Assembly (NCBI GenBank): GCA_023150875.1
Contig: JAKLKC010000015.1
Span: forward strand, 21,953-85,952
Length of the DNA stretch: 64,000 bases
Direction: 5' to 3'
Source: Myxococcota bacterium
GTDB taxonomy: Bacteria > Myxococcota_A > UBA796 > UBA9615 > JAKLKC01
A program made the translations under genes and the position numbers. This document shows, piece after piece, positions 44,641-54,479 of this stretch (position 1 is the stretch's first letter; each line of letters starts with the position of its first letter). The notes beneath the pieces were generated by a model. The model had not been told where the DNA came from. It saw only the letters and a program-made list of their open reading frames with translations, and searched no databases.

Positions 44641-46119
44641 ATGAGGCGGCTTCCCGGTCTGTCCCGAGGTCCTTCCGCGATGGGGTGGGCCCTCGCCGCA
44701 ACCCTGGCCGGGTTCACCGCCGGGGCCGGCTGCTCCGACACCACCCTCATCGGCCTCCGGGGGGAGATCACCGTCGACCCGGCGGAGATCGTGTTCGAAG
44801 GCGTGACCCTGGGCACCGTCGAGACCCGGGACGTGAAGATCGTCAACAGCGGGAATGCCAGCCTCGAGGTCTCGGACCTCGCCCTCAAGCTCGGCGCCGC
44901 CTCCCTGAGCTTCGCGGGGAGCCCCACGCTGCTCGAGCCCGACGAGCAGATCATCGTGCACGTCACCTACGCGCCGGTCCTGACCGACGAGGTCGTGGAC
45001 GCGCTGGTGATCACCAACGACGCCACCGAGGAGCCCGTGGAGGTGCCCATCACCGCCAACGGGGTGGGGGCCCTCGTCCCCGACATCTACGCCGATCCCC
45101 CCGCGGTGGACCTGGGGGTGGTGGAGCTGAGCACCACCGCGACGGCGACCATCGAGGTCGGCAACGCCGGCTTCGGCGACCTCGTCGTCTCCGGCGTGAG
45201 GCTGGAGGCCGACCCGGAGTTCGTGCTGGTGGACGACGGAGCCCTGCCCGGCGCCACCCTGCCCCCCGGGGCGGAGCCGGCGACGGTCACCATCACCTAC
45301 ACCCCCAACGCCATCGAGTCGAACTACGGCGTCCTCTACATCGAGAGCAACGACCCCGACACGGCCGTGCTCCAGGTGATCCTCAACGCCGAGGGCGGCT
45401 ACCCCGGCGGCGACGGCCCGGTGGCGGTGTGCTCCGTCACGCCGACGGAGGCCCGCCCCTTCGAGACCCTCCAGTGGAACGGGAGCGGCAGCTACGACAC
45501 CAGCGGCAGGCCCATCGTCTCCTACGTGTGGACCGAGGTCTCCTTCCCGGTCGGCAGCTCCGCCGGCCTCACGGGCTCGGGCGCCAACCGGAGCACCGTG
45601 ACCGACCTGGCCGGCGAGTACACCGCCCAGCTCGTGGTGACCAACGACCTGGGGCAGACGAGCTACCCCTGCCAGGCGGTCGCCAGCGTGGTCCCCACCG
45701 AGAACCTCTGGATCGAGATGTACTGGACCTACTCCGGTGACGACATGGACCTCCACCTCATCAAGCCCAGCGGCACCCTGGAGACGAGCGGCGACTGCTA
45801 CTACGCCAACTGCGTGGGCGTCGGTCTCGACTGGGGGTCCACGGGCTACCCGGGCGACAACCCGCACCTCGACCTGGACGACATCCCGGGCACCGGTCCC
45901 GAGAACATCAACATCGAGGCCCCCCATGACGGCGACTTCACGGTGGTGGTCAACGACTACCCCGGCAGCGTCCACAACGGGACCAACCCGACCTACGTGA
46001 ACATCTACGTCGATGGCGCCCTGGTGGGGAGCTTCTCGGACGACATGAACCACGCCGAGGACTACTACTGGTACGTCGCCACGATCTCCTGGCCCTCCGG
46101 CGTCGTCACCCCCATGTAG
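44641..46119 (+). CDS. Surface lipoprotein: two ASH/choice-of-anchor-D Ig domains, PKD-like and YfaP(DUF2135)-like domains
   Basis: Lipobox AGAGC; two V..VN.G...L.VS repeats with I.(S)ND; GSGSYD..G.PIVSY.W; W....DDMDLHL...DLDD..GTGPENI. Confidence 0.8.
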   Translation: MRRLPGLSRGPSAMGWALAATLAGFTAGAGCSDTTLIGLRGEITVDPAEIVFEGVTLGTVETRDVKIVNSGNASLEVSDLALKLGAASLSFAGSPTLLEPDEQIIVHVTYAPVLTDEVVDALVITNDATEEPVEVPITANGVGALVPDIYADPPAVDLGVVELSTTATATIEVGNAGFGDLVVSGVRLEADPEFVLVDDGALPGATLPPGAEPATVTITYTPNAIESNYGVLYIESNDPDTAVLQVILNAEGGYPGGDGPVAVCSVTPTEARPFETLQWNGSGSYDTSGRPIVSYVWTEVSFPVGSSAGLTGSGANRSTVTDLAGEYTAQLVVTNDLGQTSYPCQAVASVVPTENLWIEMYWTYSGDDMDLHLIKPSGTLETSGDCYYANCVGVGLDWGSTGYPGDNPHLDLDDIPGTGPENINIEAPHDGDFTVVVNDYPGSVHNGTNPTYVNIYVDGALVGSFSDDMNHAEDYYWYVATISWPSGVVTPM

Positions 46120-46284
46120 GCGCCCCCGGGGCGATCCCCCCGCTCCGCATCCGCCTCTCCCGCGTCCCGCAGCCCTCGACGGCCCCGGGCCCGAGTTCAC
46201 GGAGCCCGTCGGAACGGGTATGCTGCGCGCCGGCACCGGCACCTGCACCGGCCGCTGGGGCGGGCGGGGGGCGGGAGGAGTCCG

Positions 46285-47352
46285 ATGAAGTTTCCGGCGT
46301 GGTGGTCCCTCGCGGTCTCGACGGGGTTGGTGGTGGCCCTGATGGCGGCGTGCGGCCCGACGAGGAGGGGCGGGGACGACGACGACGACGACGGGAGCGG
46401 AGACGACGACTCCTGGGTGACCGATGACGACGTCACCGACGACGACACGGGGAATGACGACGACACGGGGGACGACGACGACACGGGCGATGACGACGAT
46501 GTCACGCCGGACGACGACACCTCCGACGACGACACCTCGGACGACGATACCTCCTCCTCCGACGACGACACCGGTCCGGGCGACGACGACGTCGCCGACG
46601 ACGACACGTGGGGAGACGACGACGTCGTGCCCGAGGGGGACCCGAGGGCGGTGTGCTCGGTGTCGCCCACGACCGCCACGGTGGGCCAGACGCTGACCTG
46701 GATCGGCAGCTCCAGCTACGACGCCGAGGGCCGGACCATCGTGACGTATTCGTGGTCGGTGTCCTCCTTCCCCTCGGGCAGTACCGCGACCCTGACGGGG
46801 ACGGGCTCCAACCGGAGCACGGTGACCGACCGTGCCGGGACCTTCGCCGCCCGGCTGGCGGTCACCAACGACCTCGGCGAGACCAGCCCCTACTGCACGG
46901 CGACGGCGGTGGTGACGGAGCCGGTGGGGGAGGGGGAGCTTCGCATCGAGCTGAACTGGACGGTGGCCGACGACGACCTGGACCTCCACCTCCTCAAGCC
47001 CGGCGGCTCCATCGAGACCAGCGGCGATTGTTACTACGCCAACTGCGTGTCCGAGGGGAGCCTGGACTGGGGCGTGTCGGGTGTCACCACCGACAACCCC
47101 TGGCTGGAGGAGGACGACATCGAGGGGACGGGGCCGGAGGTGATCTCCCTGCCCGATCCCCAGGACGGGACCTTCACCGTCGTGGTCAACGACTACCCGG
47201 GCAGCGTGGTCAACACCGCGAACGCCGCGACGGTGGTGGTGAGCGTGGGCGGCGTGGTGGTGGGCACCGTGACCCGGAGCATCACCACCGAGGACGAGTA
47301 CTGGTACGCCGCCGAGGTCACCTTCCCCGGCGGGCACTTCGACCCGCTCTGA
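46285..47352 (+). CDS. Surface lipoprotein: Asp/Thr-rich linker, PKD-like and YfaP-like domains (paralog of the upstream gene's C-terminus)
   Basis: Lipobox MAAC; DDDT repeats; GDCYYANC, DDIEGTGPE and TVVVNDYPGSV shared with 44641..46119. Confidence 0.8.
   Translation: MKFPAWWSLAVSTGLVVALMAACGPTRRGGDDDDDDGSGDDDSWVTDDDVTDDDTGNDDDTGDDDDTGDDDDVTPDDDTSDDDTSDDDTSSSDDDTGPGDDDVADDDTWGDDDVVPEGDPRAVCSVSPTTATVGQTLTWIGSSSYDAEGRTIVTYSWSVSSFPSGSTATLTGTGSNRSTVTDRAGTFAARLAVTNDLGETSPYCTATAVVTEPVGEGELRIELNWTVADDDLDLHLLKPGGSIETSGDCYYANCVSEGSLDWGVSGVTTDNPWLEEDDIEGTGPEVISLPDPQDGTFTVVVNDYPGSVVNTANAATVVVSVGGVVVGTVTRSITTEDEYWYAAEVTFPGGHFDPL
46375..46623 (+). repeat. Low-complexity GAC-rich repeat encoding about 14 DDD(T/V/S) units
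   Basis: GACGACGACAC(C/G) units in frame. Confidence 0.9.
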
Positions 47353-47401
47353 TCGGGGCGGGGGAGGGGGAGGCGGGGCGGGGCGCCCCGCACGGCAAGG
47401 G

Positions 47402-48889
47402 ATGGCCGAGGGCGCGACCCGAAGAGCCCGACTCGCCGCGCTGGCGCTGTTCGCCGCGGGGCTGGTCCTGCGCCTGTACCACATCGCCTGGCCGCCGTGG
47501 GACATGCACCACGTCCGCCAGGCCGACACCGCCGGGGTGGCCCGCAACCTGCTCCGCCACGGGTTCGACCTCCTCCACCCCCGGGTGGACTGGGCCGGCG
47601 GGCCGATCCCCGGGACGGTGGAGTCGGAGTTCCCTCTATACGGCGCCCTGGTCGCGGCCCTCTGGACCTGGCTCGGCACGGAGTGGTGGGTCGCGCGCCT
47701 GGTGTCCGTCGGGGCGTGGGGGTGGGCGACCTGGGCGCTGTGGGACCTCGTACGGCGGCGCCTCGGGGGCCCCGCCGCGCTTGGAGCCTTGGGCCTCTGG
47801 TGCTTCTCCCCCCTGGGGGTGTTCTTCACCCGGACGGTCCAGCCCGATTCCCTCGCGGTCTCGGCGGCGGTGGTCGGGGCGGCGGCCTTCGACCGCTGGG
47901 TGTCCGCCCGGCCCGGCCGGGGAGGCGGCTGGGCCCTGCTCGCCATGTCGGCCTGGTCGGTGGCCCTGCTGGCGAAGGTCACCTGCCTGGCGCTGCTGCC
48001 GGTGGTCCCCGCTCTGGGGCTCACAGCCGTCGACCGGGCGCGGGGACGGGCCGCCACCCTTGCCTGCCTCCCCCTCCCCCTGGCCCTCGCCGGCGCCTGG
48101 TACGTCCACGCCTGGCGGGACCTGGGGGCCGGGGGGGCGACCTTCGGGATCTGGGGCGTGGGATCGGGCAAGTGGGGAGGGCCCGAGGCCTGGTTCTCCG
48201 CGGGCTTGTGGCGCTCGGTGCTCGGAGTCACGGTGGCCGAGGCCCTGTTGCCGATAGGCGTGGCCCTGGTGCTGGCGGCCCCCTTCACCGCTCCCCGGCG
48301 GCGCGAGGTCCTCCCCTTCGCCGCGCCCCTGGCCGGTTTCGCGGCCCTGGTGCTGGCGGCGGGACCGGGTGTGGCCGCCCACAACTACTACCACCTCGGC
48401 GTGCTGCCGTGGGCGGCGGCCATCGCCGGCGCCTCGCTGGCGGGGCTCGTGGGTCCGGTCAAGGGCCGGGAGGACGCGCGCCGCCGCGAGCTCCGCGTGG
48501 TGATCGCGGCGTTGATCGTGCTGCCCTCGTTGGGGCTGGCCTGGCGGTTCGCGAGCGTCGCCTACGCCCAGGACTCGAGGATCCCCGAGGTGGCTCGGAA
48601 GGTCCACGACATCGTCCCCCGCGCCATCCCGGTGATCCTGTGCGATCGCCACCCCCAGAGCGTGATCTTCGCGTCGGACCGGAGGGGGTGGCACCGGACC
48701 ACGCTGGACCTGGGGGACGTCGCCGACCTCGTGGACGCGGGCGCCGGCTACCTGGTGGTCACGGATACCTGCGCCTCGTTCGGGGACGAGGAGACCCTCC
48801 GGGCCCTCTCGGCAAGGTACTGGGCGTTGGGCCGGGAGCCCGCGCTCCAGTGGTGGGACCTCGTCGGTCCCGCCGCCGCCCCCCGGTGA
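47402..48889 (+). CDS. ArnT/PMT-like (GT-C, PMT_2) membrane glycosyltransferase
   Basis: HHVRQADTAGVARN, ESEFPLY, QPDSL, LLAKV; more than 10 TMs. Confidence 0.85.
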   Translation: MAEGATRRARLAALALFAAGLVLRLYHIAWPPWDMHHVRQADTAGVARNLLRHGFDLLHPRVDWAGGPIPGTVESEFPLYGALVAALWTWLGTEWWVARLVSVGAWGWATWALWDLVRRRLGGPAALGALGLWCFSPLGVFFTRTVQPDSLAVSAAVVGAAAFDRWVSARPGRGGGWALLAMSAWSVALLAKVTCLALLPVVPALGLTAVDRARGRAATLACLPLPLALAGAWYVHAWRDLGAGGATFGIWGVGSGKWGGPEAWFSAGLWRSVLGVTVAEALLPIGVALVLAAPFTAPRRREVLPFAAPLAGFAALVLAAGPGVAAHNYYHLGVLPWAAAIAGASLAGLVGPVKGREDARRRELRVVIAALIVLPSLGLAWRFASVAYAQDSRIPEVARKVHDIVPRAIPVILCDRHPQSVIFASDRRGWHRTTLDLGDVADLVDAGAGYLVVTDTCASFGDEETLRALSARYWALGREPALQWWDLVGPAAAPR

Positions 48890-48987
48890 TGGGACTCCGT
48901 TCCTCAGCGTTGAGCGGCCGTCGCCGTTCCGGGTAGACTCGCGGCGGCGTTCGGGACGCGACGTTCCCGGCCTGCCGGAGTGCCCCC

Positions 48988-50079
48988 TTGCGAAGGATCC
49001 TCGTCACCGGAGCCGGCGGTCCCCTCGGCGCCAACGTCACCCGCTCCCTCAAGGCCGCCCCCGAGCCGACGTTCGTGCTGGGGACCGAGGCGAACCCGTG
49101 GCACCTCCCCCTCTCCCTGGCCGACGAGACCGTGCTCATCCCCCGGGCTTCGGCCGGCGATGCGTATCTCCAGGCCATGGAAGGGCTGATCCTCAATCAC
49201 GGCATCGAGCTGGTCGTCCCCACCCATCCCGTCGAGGTCCGGGCCATCGGCGCGGTCCGGGACCGCCTGGGGGCGAAGACCTACCTGCCCGCCCAGGAGG
49301 TGATCGAGAGGGGAGACGACAAGTGGCGTTCCTACCGGGCCTGGGCCGAGGCGGGGATCCCCGTCCCCAGGACGGACCTGCTGGAGTCCCCGGACGACCT
49401 CGCCCGGATCTTCCGCGAGGTGGAGAGGAGGCCGATCTGGGTTCGGGGGGCGGGGATCCCCGGAGCGGGGATCGGCGTGGCCTCCCTGCCGTGCCGGGAG
49501 CTGGACCAGGCCCAGGCCTGGGTGGGCTTCTGGAAGGGCTGGGGCAAGATGATCGCGTCGGAGTACCTGCCGGGGGAGAACCTCACCTGGATGAGCCTGT
49601 GGTGGGAGGGGGAGCTGGTGGCCTCCCAGGCCCGGGAGCGCCTGGAGTACGTGCTGCCCCACGTCTCGCCCTCGGGGATCACCGGGGCGCCCGCGGTCAG
49701 CCGCACCGTCTCGCGTCCGGACCTGGACGAGCTCGGTCCCCGCGCCCTCCGGGCCGTGGATCCCCACCCCCACGGGGTCTACTTCCTCGACCTGAAGGGG
49801 GATCCCGAGGGCCAGCCGCGGATCACCGAGGTCAACGCCGGTCGCTTCGGCACCACCGTCCACTTCTACACCGAGGCGGGCTTCAACTTCCCCTGGCTGT
49901 ACGTGCAGCTCGCCCTCGGGCTGCCCCACGAGGCTCCGCCCCGGACCGGCGTGCTGCCCCCGGGGATCTGGTGGATCCGAACGCTGGACTGCGGCCCGGC
50001 CATCGTGCGGGACGGGTCCGCGTTCGAACTCCCGCTGGGAGCCTCGTGGACCGGTCCCGGTCCCCTGGGGCGAACCTGA
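48988..50079 (+). CDS. ATP-grasp (carbamoyl-phosphate-synthase-like/PylC-like) ligase
   Basis: ILVTGAGG, DDKW, SEYLPGE, EVNAGRF; TTG start. Confidence 0.85.
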   Translation: MRRILVTGAGGPLGANVTRSLKAAPEPTFVLGTEANPWHLPLSLADETVLIPRASAGDAYLQAMEGLILNHGIELVVPTHPVEVRAIGAVRDRLGAKTYLPAQEVIERGDDKWRSYRAWAEAGIPVPRTDLLESPDDLARIFREVERRPIWVRGAGIPGAGIGVASLPCRELDQAQAWVGFWKGWGKMIASEYLPGENLTWMSLWWEGELVASQARERLEYVLPHVSPSGITGAPAVSRTVSRPDLDELGPRALRAVDPHPHGVYFLDLKGDPEGQPRITEVNAGRFGTTVHFYTEAGFNFPWLYVQLALGLPHEAPPRTGVLPPGIWWIRTLDCGPAIVRDGSAFELPLGASWTGPGPLGRT

Positions 50080-50083
50080 ACCC

Positions 50084-50824
50084 ATGGGCGCTCCCCCGCC
50101 TCCCCGCCCCGGCGACGCCGTGCTGTTCGACCTGGACGGCACCCTCCTGTTCCTCCCGGTGGACGTGGAGCGGCTCCGGGGGACCCTCCGCGCCTTCTTC
50201 CTGGACCGGGGGGTGGACCTGGCGTTCCGGCCGCTGCTCCCGAGGGTGGACGAGGCGGTGCGCCTGGTGCTCGAACGACGAGGTCAGGCCGAGGCGCGGG
50301 CGGCGGAGCGCTGGGCGGCGGGGGTGATCGCCCGGGCGGAGGTGGCGGCGTCCGCCCAGGTCCTGCCCCGTCGGGGGGCGCTGGCGGCGCTGGCGGCGCT
50401 CCGAGGCCGGGAGATCCCGGTGGCGGTGGTGAGCAACAACACCCGCTCCGGCGTGGAGAAGGCCCTCGCCGCCGTCGGGGTCGAGCCCCGCTCCCTGGCG
50501 GCGGTGGTGAGCCGGGAGGACGTCCCCGCGCCCAAGCCCGCCCCCGACGGGGTCCTGCTCGCGCTCCAGGTGCTCCAGGCGCGGGGCTGGACGGGGGAGG
50601 AGGGCCGAGCGCGGCGGGTCTTCCTGGTGGGAGACGCCCCCGCCGACGCCGAAGCCGCCCGCGCCGCCGCGGGCATCGTCGCGGGCTCGGGGATCTCGAT
50701 GGTCTCCATCGGCCTGCCCGGCGGGCGGGTGACCCTGGAGTCCCTCCCCGACGCGCCCTTCGACCACCGCCTGGAGGGGGAGGACCACCTCCGGCTCTGG
50801 GCGGAGGCGGTGGCGGGGTCCTGA
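50084..50824 (+). CDS. HAD-superfamily hydrolase
   Basis: VLFDLDGTL, VVSNN, PKPAPDG, VGD. Confidence 0.9.
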   Translation: MGAPPPPRPGDAVLFDLDGTLLFLPVDVERLRGTLRAFFLDRGVDLAFRPLLPRVDEAVRLVLERRGQAEARAAERWAAGVIARAEVAASAQVLPRRGALAALAALRGREIPVAVVSNNTRSGVEKALAAVGVEPRSLAAVVSREDVPAPKPAPDGVLLALQVLQARGWTGEEGRARRVFLVGDAPADAEAARAAAGIVAGSGISMVSIGLPGGRVTLESLPDAPFDHRLEGEDHLRLWAEAVAGS

Positions 50825-50836
50825 CACCGCCGGCGG

Positions 50837-53449
50837 TCAGTCCCCGTCCGCCTCCCAGGCCCGCATCGCCGACTCCAGCGCCTCCTCCGGCCCCGCCATC
50901 TCGCCGTCGAGCTGGAGACGGAAGACCCGCTTCAGGACCTCGCCCAGGCGCTTGCCGGGGCGGGCGCCCCGGGCGATCAGGTCCTCCCCCGTCACCCATC
51001 GCCGGACGTGGCGCACCACGCCGTACCCCCGGGCGGCATGGCGGGAGGCTCCCTCTCCCTCGGTCAGCGCGAGGGCGGCCGCCACCGCCTCCGGGGGAGC
51101 CTCGCCCAGGGCCTCGTGCAGCTCGCTGTCGGGCAGGTCCGGCCGGTCCAGGACGCGCCGGAGGAGGCCCGCCCGGCGGCTCCAACCGACGAGGACCTCC
51201 CGCTCGCGCCCGGCGTAGCCCAGCGCCCGGGCCGCCCCTTCCACCACTTCGGAGGGCTCGGCGTGGGTCCACACCAGCGCGTAGGTCAGCCCCGGATCGG
51301 GGCGCAGGTCCGGCGCCACCGCCCGCACGAGGGCGAGGGTCTCGTCGACCCGCGCCATCCGCTCCCGCTTCTTCTGGTCCAGGGGAGGGAGGCCCAGGGA
51401 GGGGAGGAGCCCCCGGGCGTCGAGCTGAAGGAAGACGGCGAGGGGATCCACCTCCCGCGCCGCCTTTTCCCACTCGGCGCGGCGCCGCTGGGGCGACAGG
51501 CGGTCCGGCAGGCCCAGGCGCACCGCGGCGTCCAGCAGGTGGGCGGTCTGGCGGCCGATGCGGAAGCCGAAGCGGGCGGCGAAGCGGGCGGCGCGGTAGG
51601 CCCGGGTAGGATCGTCCACGAAGGAGAGGTGGTGGATCACCCGGACCACCCCCTCCTTCAGGTCGCGGCGCCCCAGGGTGGGGTCCACCAGGCGCCCGAA
51701 CCCTCCGGGGGAGAGGTCGATGGCCATGGCGTTGATGGTGAAGTCGCGCCGTCGCAGGTCCAGCAGCATGGGGCCGGACTCCACGTCCGGAAGCCGCGCC
51801 GGGGCGGCGTAGGTCTCGCGCCGGGCGGTGGCGACGTCCACCTCGCCTATCTCCCCGAGCCCAAGGGTGGCGGTGCCGAAGCGGTCGTGGACCCTCACCT
51901 TGCCCTGGAGCCGCCGGGCGGCCGCCCGGGCGATCCCGGGCCCCTGCGTCGTCACCGTGACGTCCAGGTCCCGGCCTGGCTTGCCCAGCAGCAGGTCCCG
52001 CACAGCACCCCCCACGAGGAACGCCCCCGCGCCCCGCGCCGTCGCCTCCTCCCCCAGCACCCGCAGCGCCTCGGCGAGACGGGGGGGCAGGGTGCCCCGG
52101 AGGCGGCCCCCCAGGTCCTTGGCCACCTCGCGGTCAGTCTCCTCCCCCAGGGCGCCGGGAAGGGCCGCCCCCAGGACCGCCCGGGACACCTCTGTGCGGG
52201 TGGCGATCCCGGTGAGGCGCTCGCCGTCGACCACGCACAGCAGGCGCGCGCCCCCCTCCACCGACCGCCTCCACAGGTCCTCCAGCGGCGTGTCGCCGGG
52301 CACGGTCTCGGGCTCGACGTTCATCCACTCCGACACCGGCGAGCCCCCGAAGCCGCGGTGCCTCGCCCCCTCGACCTGCTGCCGGGTGATCACGCCCCGC
52401 AGGCGGCTCCCCTCGACGACGGGGGCCGCGTTGATGCGGTGGGCGTTGAGGCGCTCGGCGACGGCCTCGACGGTCTCTTCGGGAGCGGCGGTCACGGGAT
52501 CGCGCAGGGCGACGTCGTCGGCGGTCAGCGAGGCGAGGGCCAGCCGCTCCAGGCGGAGGGTCACGTCGCGGAAGACCTCGGCCTGGGTCCGGTCCGCGAC
52601 CACCGCCGACGCGGCCCCGGGGTGCCCGCCGCCCCCCAGCGCTCCCAACAGGGCGCCCAGGTCCACCACGTCGCCGTCCCCGCGGCCGATGACGTGGGTC
52701 GATCTCCCCGCCCGCAGCAGGGCCACCAGGACCCGCGCCCCCAGCACCGCCCGGGCCTCGTCCACCACCACGGCGGCGTCGTCCACGTACTCCTCGGCGG
52801 AGGCCCGGGCCAGGTGCACGGGACCCCGGGGGGTCTCCACGGCGAAGGCGTCGGCGACGAGCTGGTCCAGGAGGGCGACCTGGGGGACGGTGAGCACCTC
52901 CCGCAGCCCCTCGCCCACGTCGGCGGGCCGGGCGCCCCACTCCAGGCAGCGGGCGGCGGCGCGGTGGTCGTCGGGGGCGGTGCGGGGGAAGACGAAGTGG
53001 CCGGTGTCGGAGTGGATCCCCGCCAGCAGGAGCGTCGCCCGCGCCGCATCGGGGACGATCCCCGCCGCGGCGAGGGCCTCCACGATCAGGGTGGCGACGG
53101 CGCCCACCGGGCGGACGTGGGCCTCGTGGGCGGGCAGGTCGTCCTCGGCATCGGGATGGTGGTCGTACACGACGACGCGCCGGGCGGCACCGGCGGCGGG
53201 GGCGAGGTCCCCGAGGCGGGAGCGGCGGCGGGTGTCCACCACCACCAACTCGTCCACGGCGCGGGGATCGACGTCCCCGGGCCGGCCCAGGGGCGGGAGG
53301 CGCTCCCCGTGGACCTCCAGCCACCGCCGGGCCGACTCCTGGGGAGGGTCGGTCAGGACGAGGAGGCCGGGGCCGTGGAGCAGGGGCGCGGCCATGAGGG
53401 CGGCGAGCCCGTCGAGATCGGCGCCGCGGTGGGTTGCGTACACGCGCAC
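50837..53449 (-). CDS. tRNA nucleotidyltransferase, A-adding type, with N-terminal DHH/DHHA1 and CBS domains
   Basis: HRGADLDG, YDHH, GGGHPGAAS, two CBS repeats, VGGAVRDLL..DLDV, DVATARRETY, DLRRRDFTINAMA, DDPTR. Confidence 0.92.
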   Translation of the reverse strand: MRVYATHRGADLDGLAALMAAPLLHGPGLLVLTDPPQESARRWLEVHGERLPPLGRPGDVDPRAVDELVVVDTRRRSRLGDLAPAAGAARRVVVYDHHPDAEDDLPAHEAHVRPVGAVATLIVEALAAAGIVPDAARATLLLAGIHSDTGHFVFPRTAPDDHRAAARCLEWGARPADVGEGLREVLTVPQVALLDQLVADAFAVETPRGPVHLARASAEEYVDDAAVVVDEARAVLGARVLVALLRAGRSTHVIGRGDGDVVDLGALLGALGGGGHPGAASAVVADRTQAEVFRDVTLRLERLALASLTADDVALRDPVTAAPEETVEAVAERLNAHRINAAPVVEGSRLRGVITRQQVEGARHRGFGGSPVSEWMNVEPETVPGDTPLEDLWRRSVEGGARLLCVVDGERLTGIATRTEVSRAVLGAALPGALGEETDREVAKDLGGRLRGTLPPRLAEALRVLGEEATARGAGAFLVGGAVRDLLLGKPGRDLDVTVTTQGPGIARAAARRLQGKVRVHDRFGTATLGLGEIGEVDVATARRETYAAPARLPDVESGPMLLDLRRRDFTINAMAIDLSPGGFGRLVDPTLGRRDLKEGVVRVIHHLSFVDDPTRAYRAARFAARFGFRIGRQTAHLLDAAVRLGLPDRLSPQRRRAEWEKAAREVDPLAVFLQLDARGLLPSLGLPPLDQKKRERMARVDETLALVRAVAPDLRPDPGLTYALVWTHAEPSEVVEGAARALGYAGREREVLVGWSRRAGLLRRVLDRPDLPDSELHEALGEAPPEAVAAALALTEGEGASRHAARGYGVVRHVRRWVTGEDLIARGARPGKRLGEVLKRVFRLQLDGEMAGPEEALESAMRAWEADGD

Positions 53450-53628
53450 GCCCCGAGCCTAACGCCTCCCGGGCCGGGGGGCCATGCCCCGCCGCGGGAA
53501 GCGCCCCGGGGAGGGACCGGCGTGGGGGCGGGCTTGACACCCACCCGCGGGCGTGGTCCCCTTCCGCCCCTTCCCGTGAGGGACCCGCGAGAGGCGCGGG
53601 CGCCCGCCGGGAGCCCCGGAGGACCCCC

Positions 53629-54246
53629 GTGAGCACCGCCCCGACCAAGGCCACCAACATCGTCTGGCACCACGGCAGCACCACCCGCGAGGACCGGGCG
53701 AAGACCCTCGGGCAGCGCGGGGTCACCCTCTGGCTGACGGGCCTCTCGGGCTCGGGGAAGTCCACCGTCGCCTACGCCCTGGAGAACGCGCTGGTCACGG
53801 GTGGCAACGCGGCCTACGTGCTGGACGGGGACAACATCCGCCACGGCCTGAACAAGGACCTCGGCTTCTCCCCCGCGGACCGTACCGAGAACATCCGCCG
53901 GATCGGCGAGGTGGCGCGCCTCTTCGTCGACGCCGGCCACATCGCCATCACCGCGTTCATCTCCCCCTACCGCGCCGACCGCGACCTCGTCCGCGGCATC
54001 CACGGCGAGGGCGACTTCGTCGAGGTCCACGTCGACGCCCCCCTGGACGTCTGCGAGTCCCGGGACGTGAAGGGCCTGTACAAGAAGGCCCGCGCCGGCC
54101 AGATCCCCGAGTTCACCGGGATCTCCGCCCCCTACGAGGCCCCCCTCCACCCCGAGCTGGTCCTCCCCACCGGCGCCGAGAGCGTCGACGCCTCCGTCGG
54201 CCGCGTCCTCGCCTACCTCCGGGAGCGGGGCTACCTCGGGTCCTAA
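53629..54246 (+). CDS. cysC: Adenylyl-sulfate kinase
   Basis: WLTGLSGSGKST, LDGDNIRHGL, RTENIRRIGEVA, RDVKGLYKKARAG, FTGISAPYE; start re-called at GTG 53629. Confidence 0.97.
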   Translation: MSTAPTKATNIVWHHGSTTREDRAKTLGQRGVTLWLTGLSGSGKSTVAYALENALVTGGNAAYVLDGDNIRHGLNKDLGFSPADRTENIRRIGEVARLFVDAGHIAITAFISPYRADRDLVRGIHGEGDFVEVHVDAPLDVCESRDVKGLYKKARAGQIPEFTGISAPYEAPLHPELVLPTGAESVDASVGRVLAYLRERGYLGS

Positions 54247-54251
54247 GCCCG

Positions 54252-54479
54252 TCAGGCGCCAGAGCGCTGGAGCCGGTCCGCGATCCAGACCTTTATGATG
54301 GACTGGCGCGTGACCCCGAGTCGCCGTGCCTCCCGGTCGAGGGACTCGACCATCCAGCTCGGGAAGTCCACGTTGACCCGGCGAGGCTCCTCCCCTGGCC
54401 TGCGGGCCTGCGCCAGGTCCAGTTCACCGGTAACGTCCTCCCCGCGGTCGAACTTCCGGTCGAAATCCCTAGCCTTCAT
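54252..54479 (-). CDS. brnA: BrnA-like CopG/RHH antitoxin
   Basis: MKARDFDRKFDRGED...RRVNVDFPSWMVESLDREARRLGVTRQSIIKVWIADRL. Confidence 0.88.
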   Translation of the reverse strand: MKARDFDRKFDRGEDVTGELDLAQARRPGEEPRRVNVDFPSWMVESLDREARRLGVTRQSIIKVWIADRLQRSGA

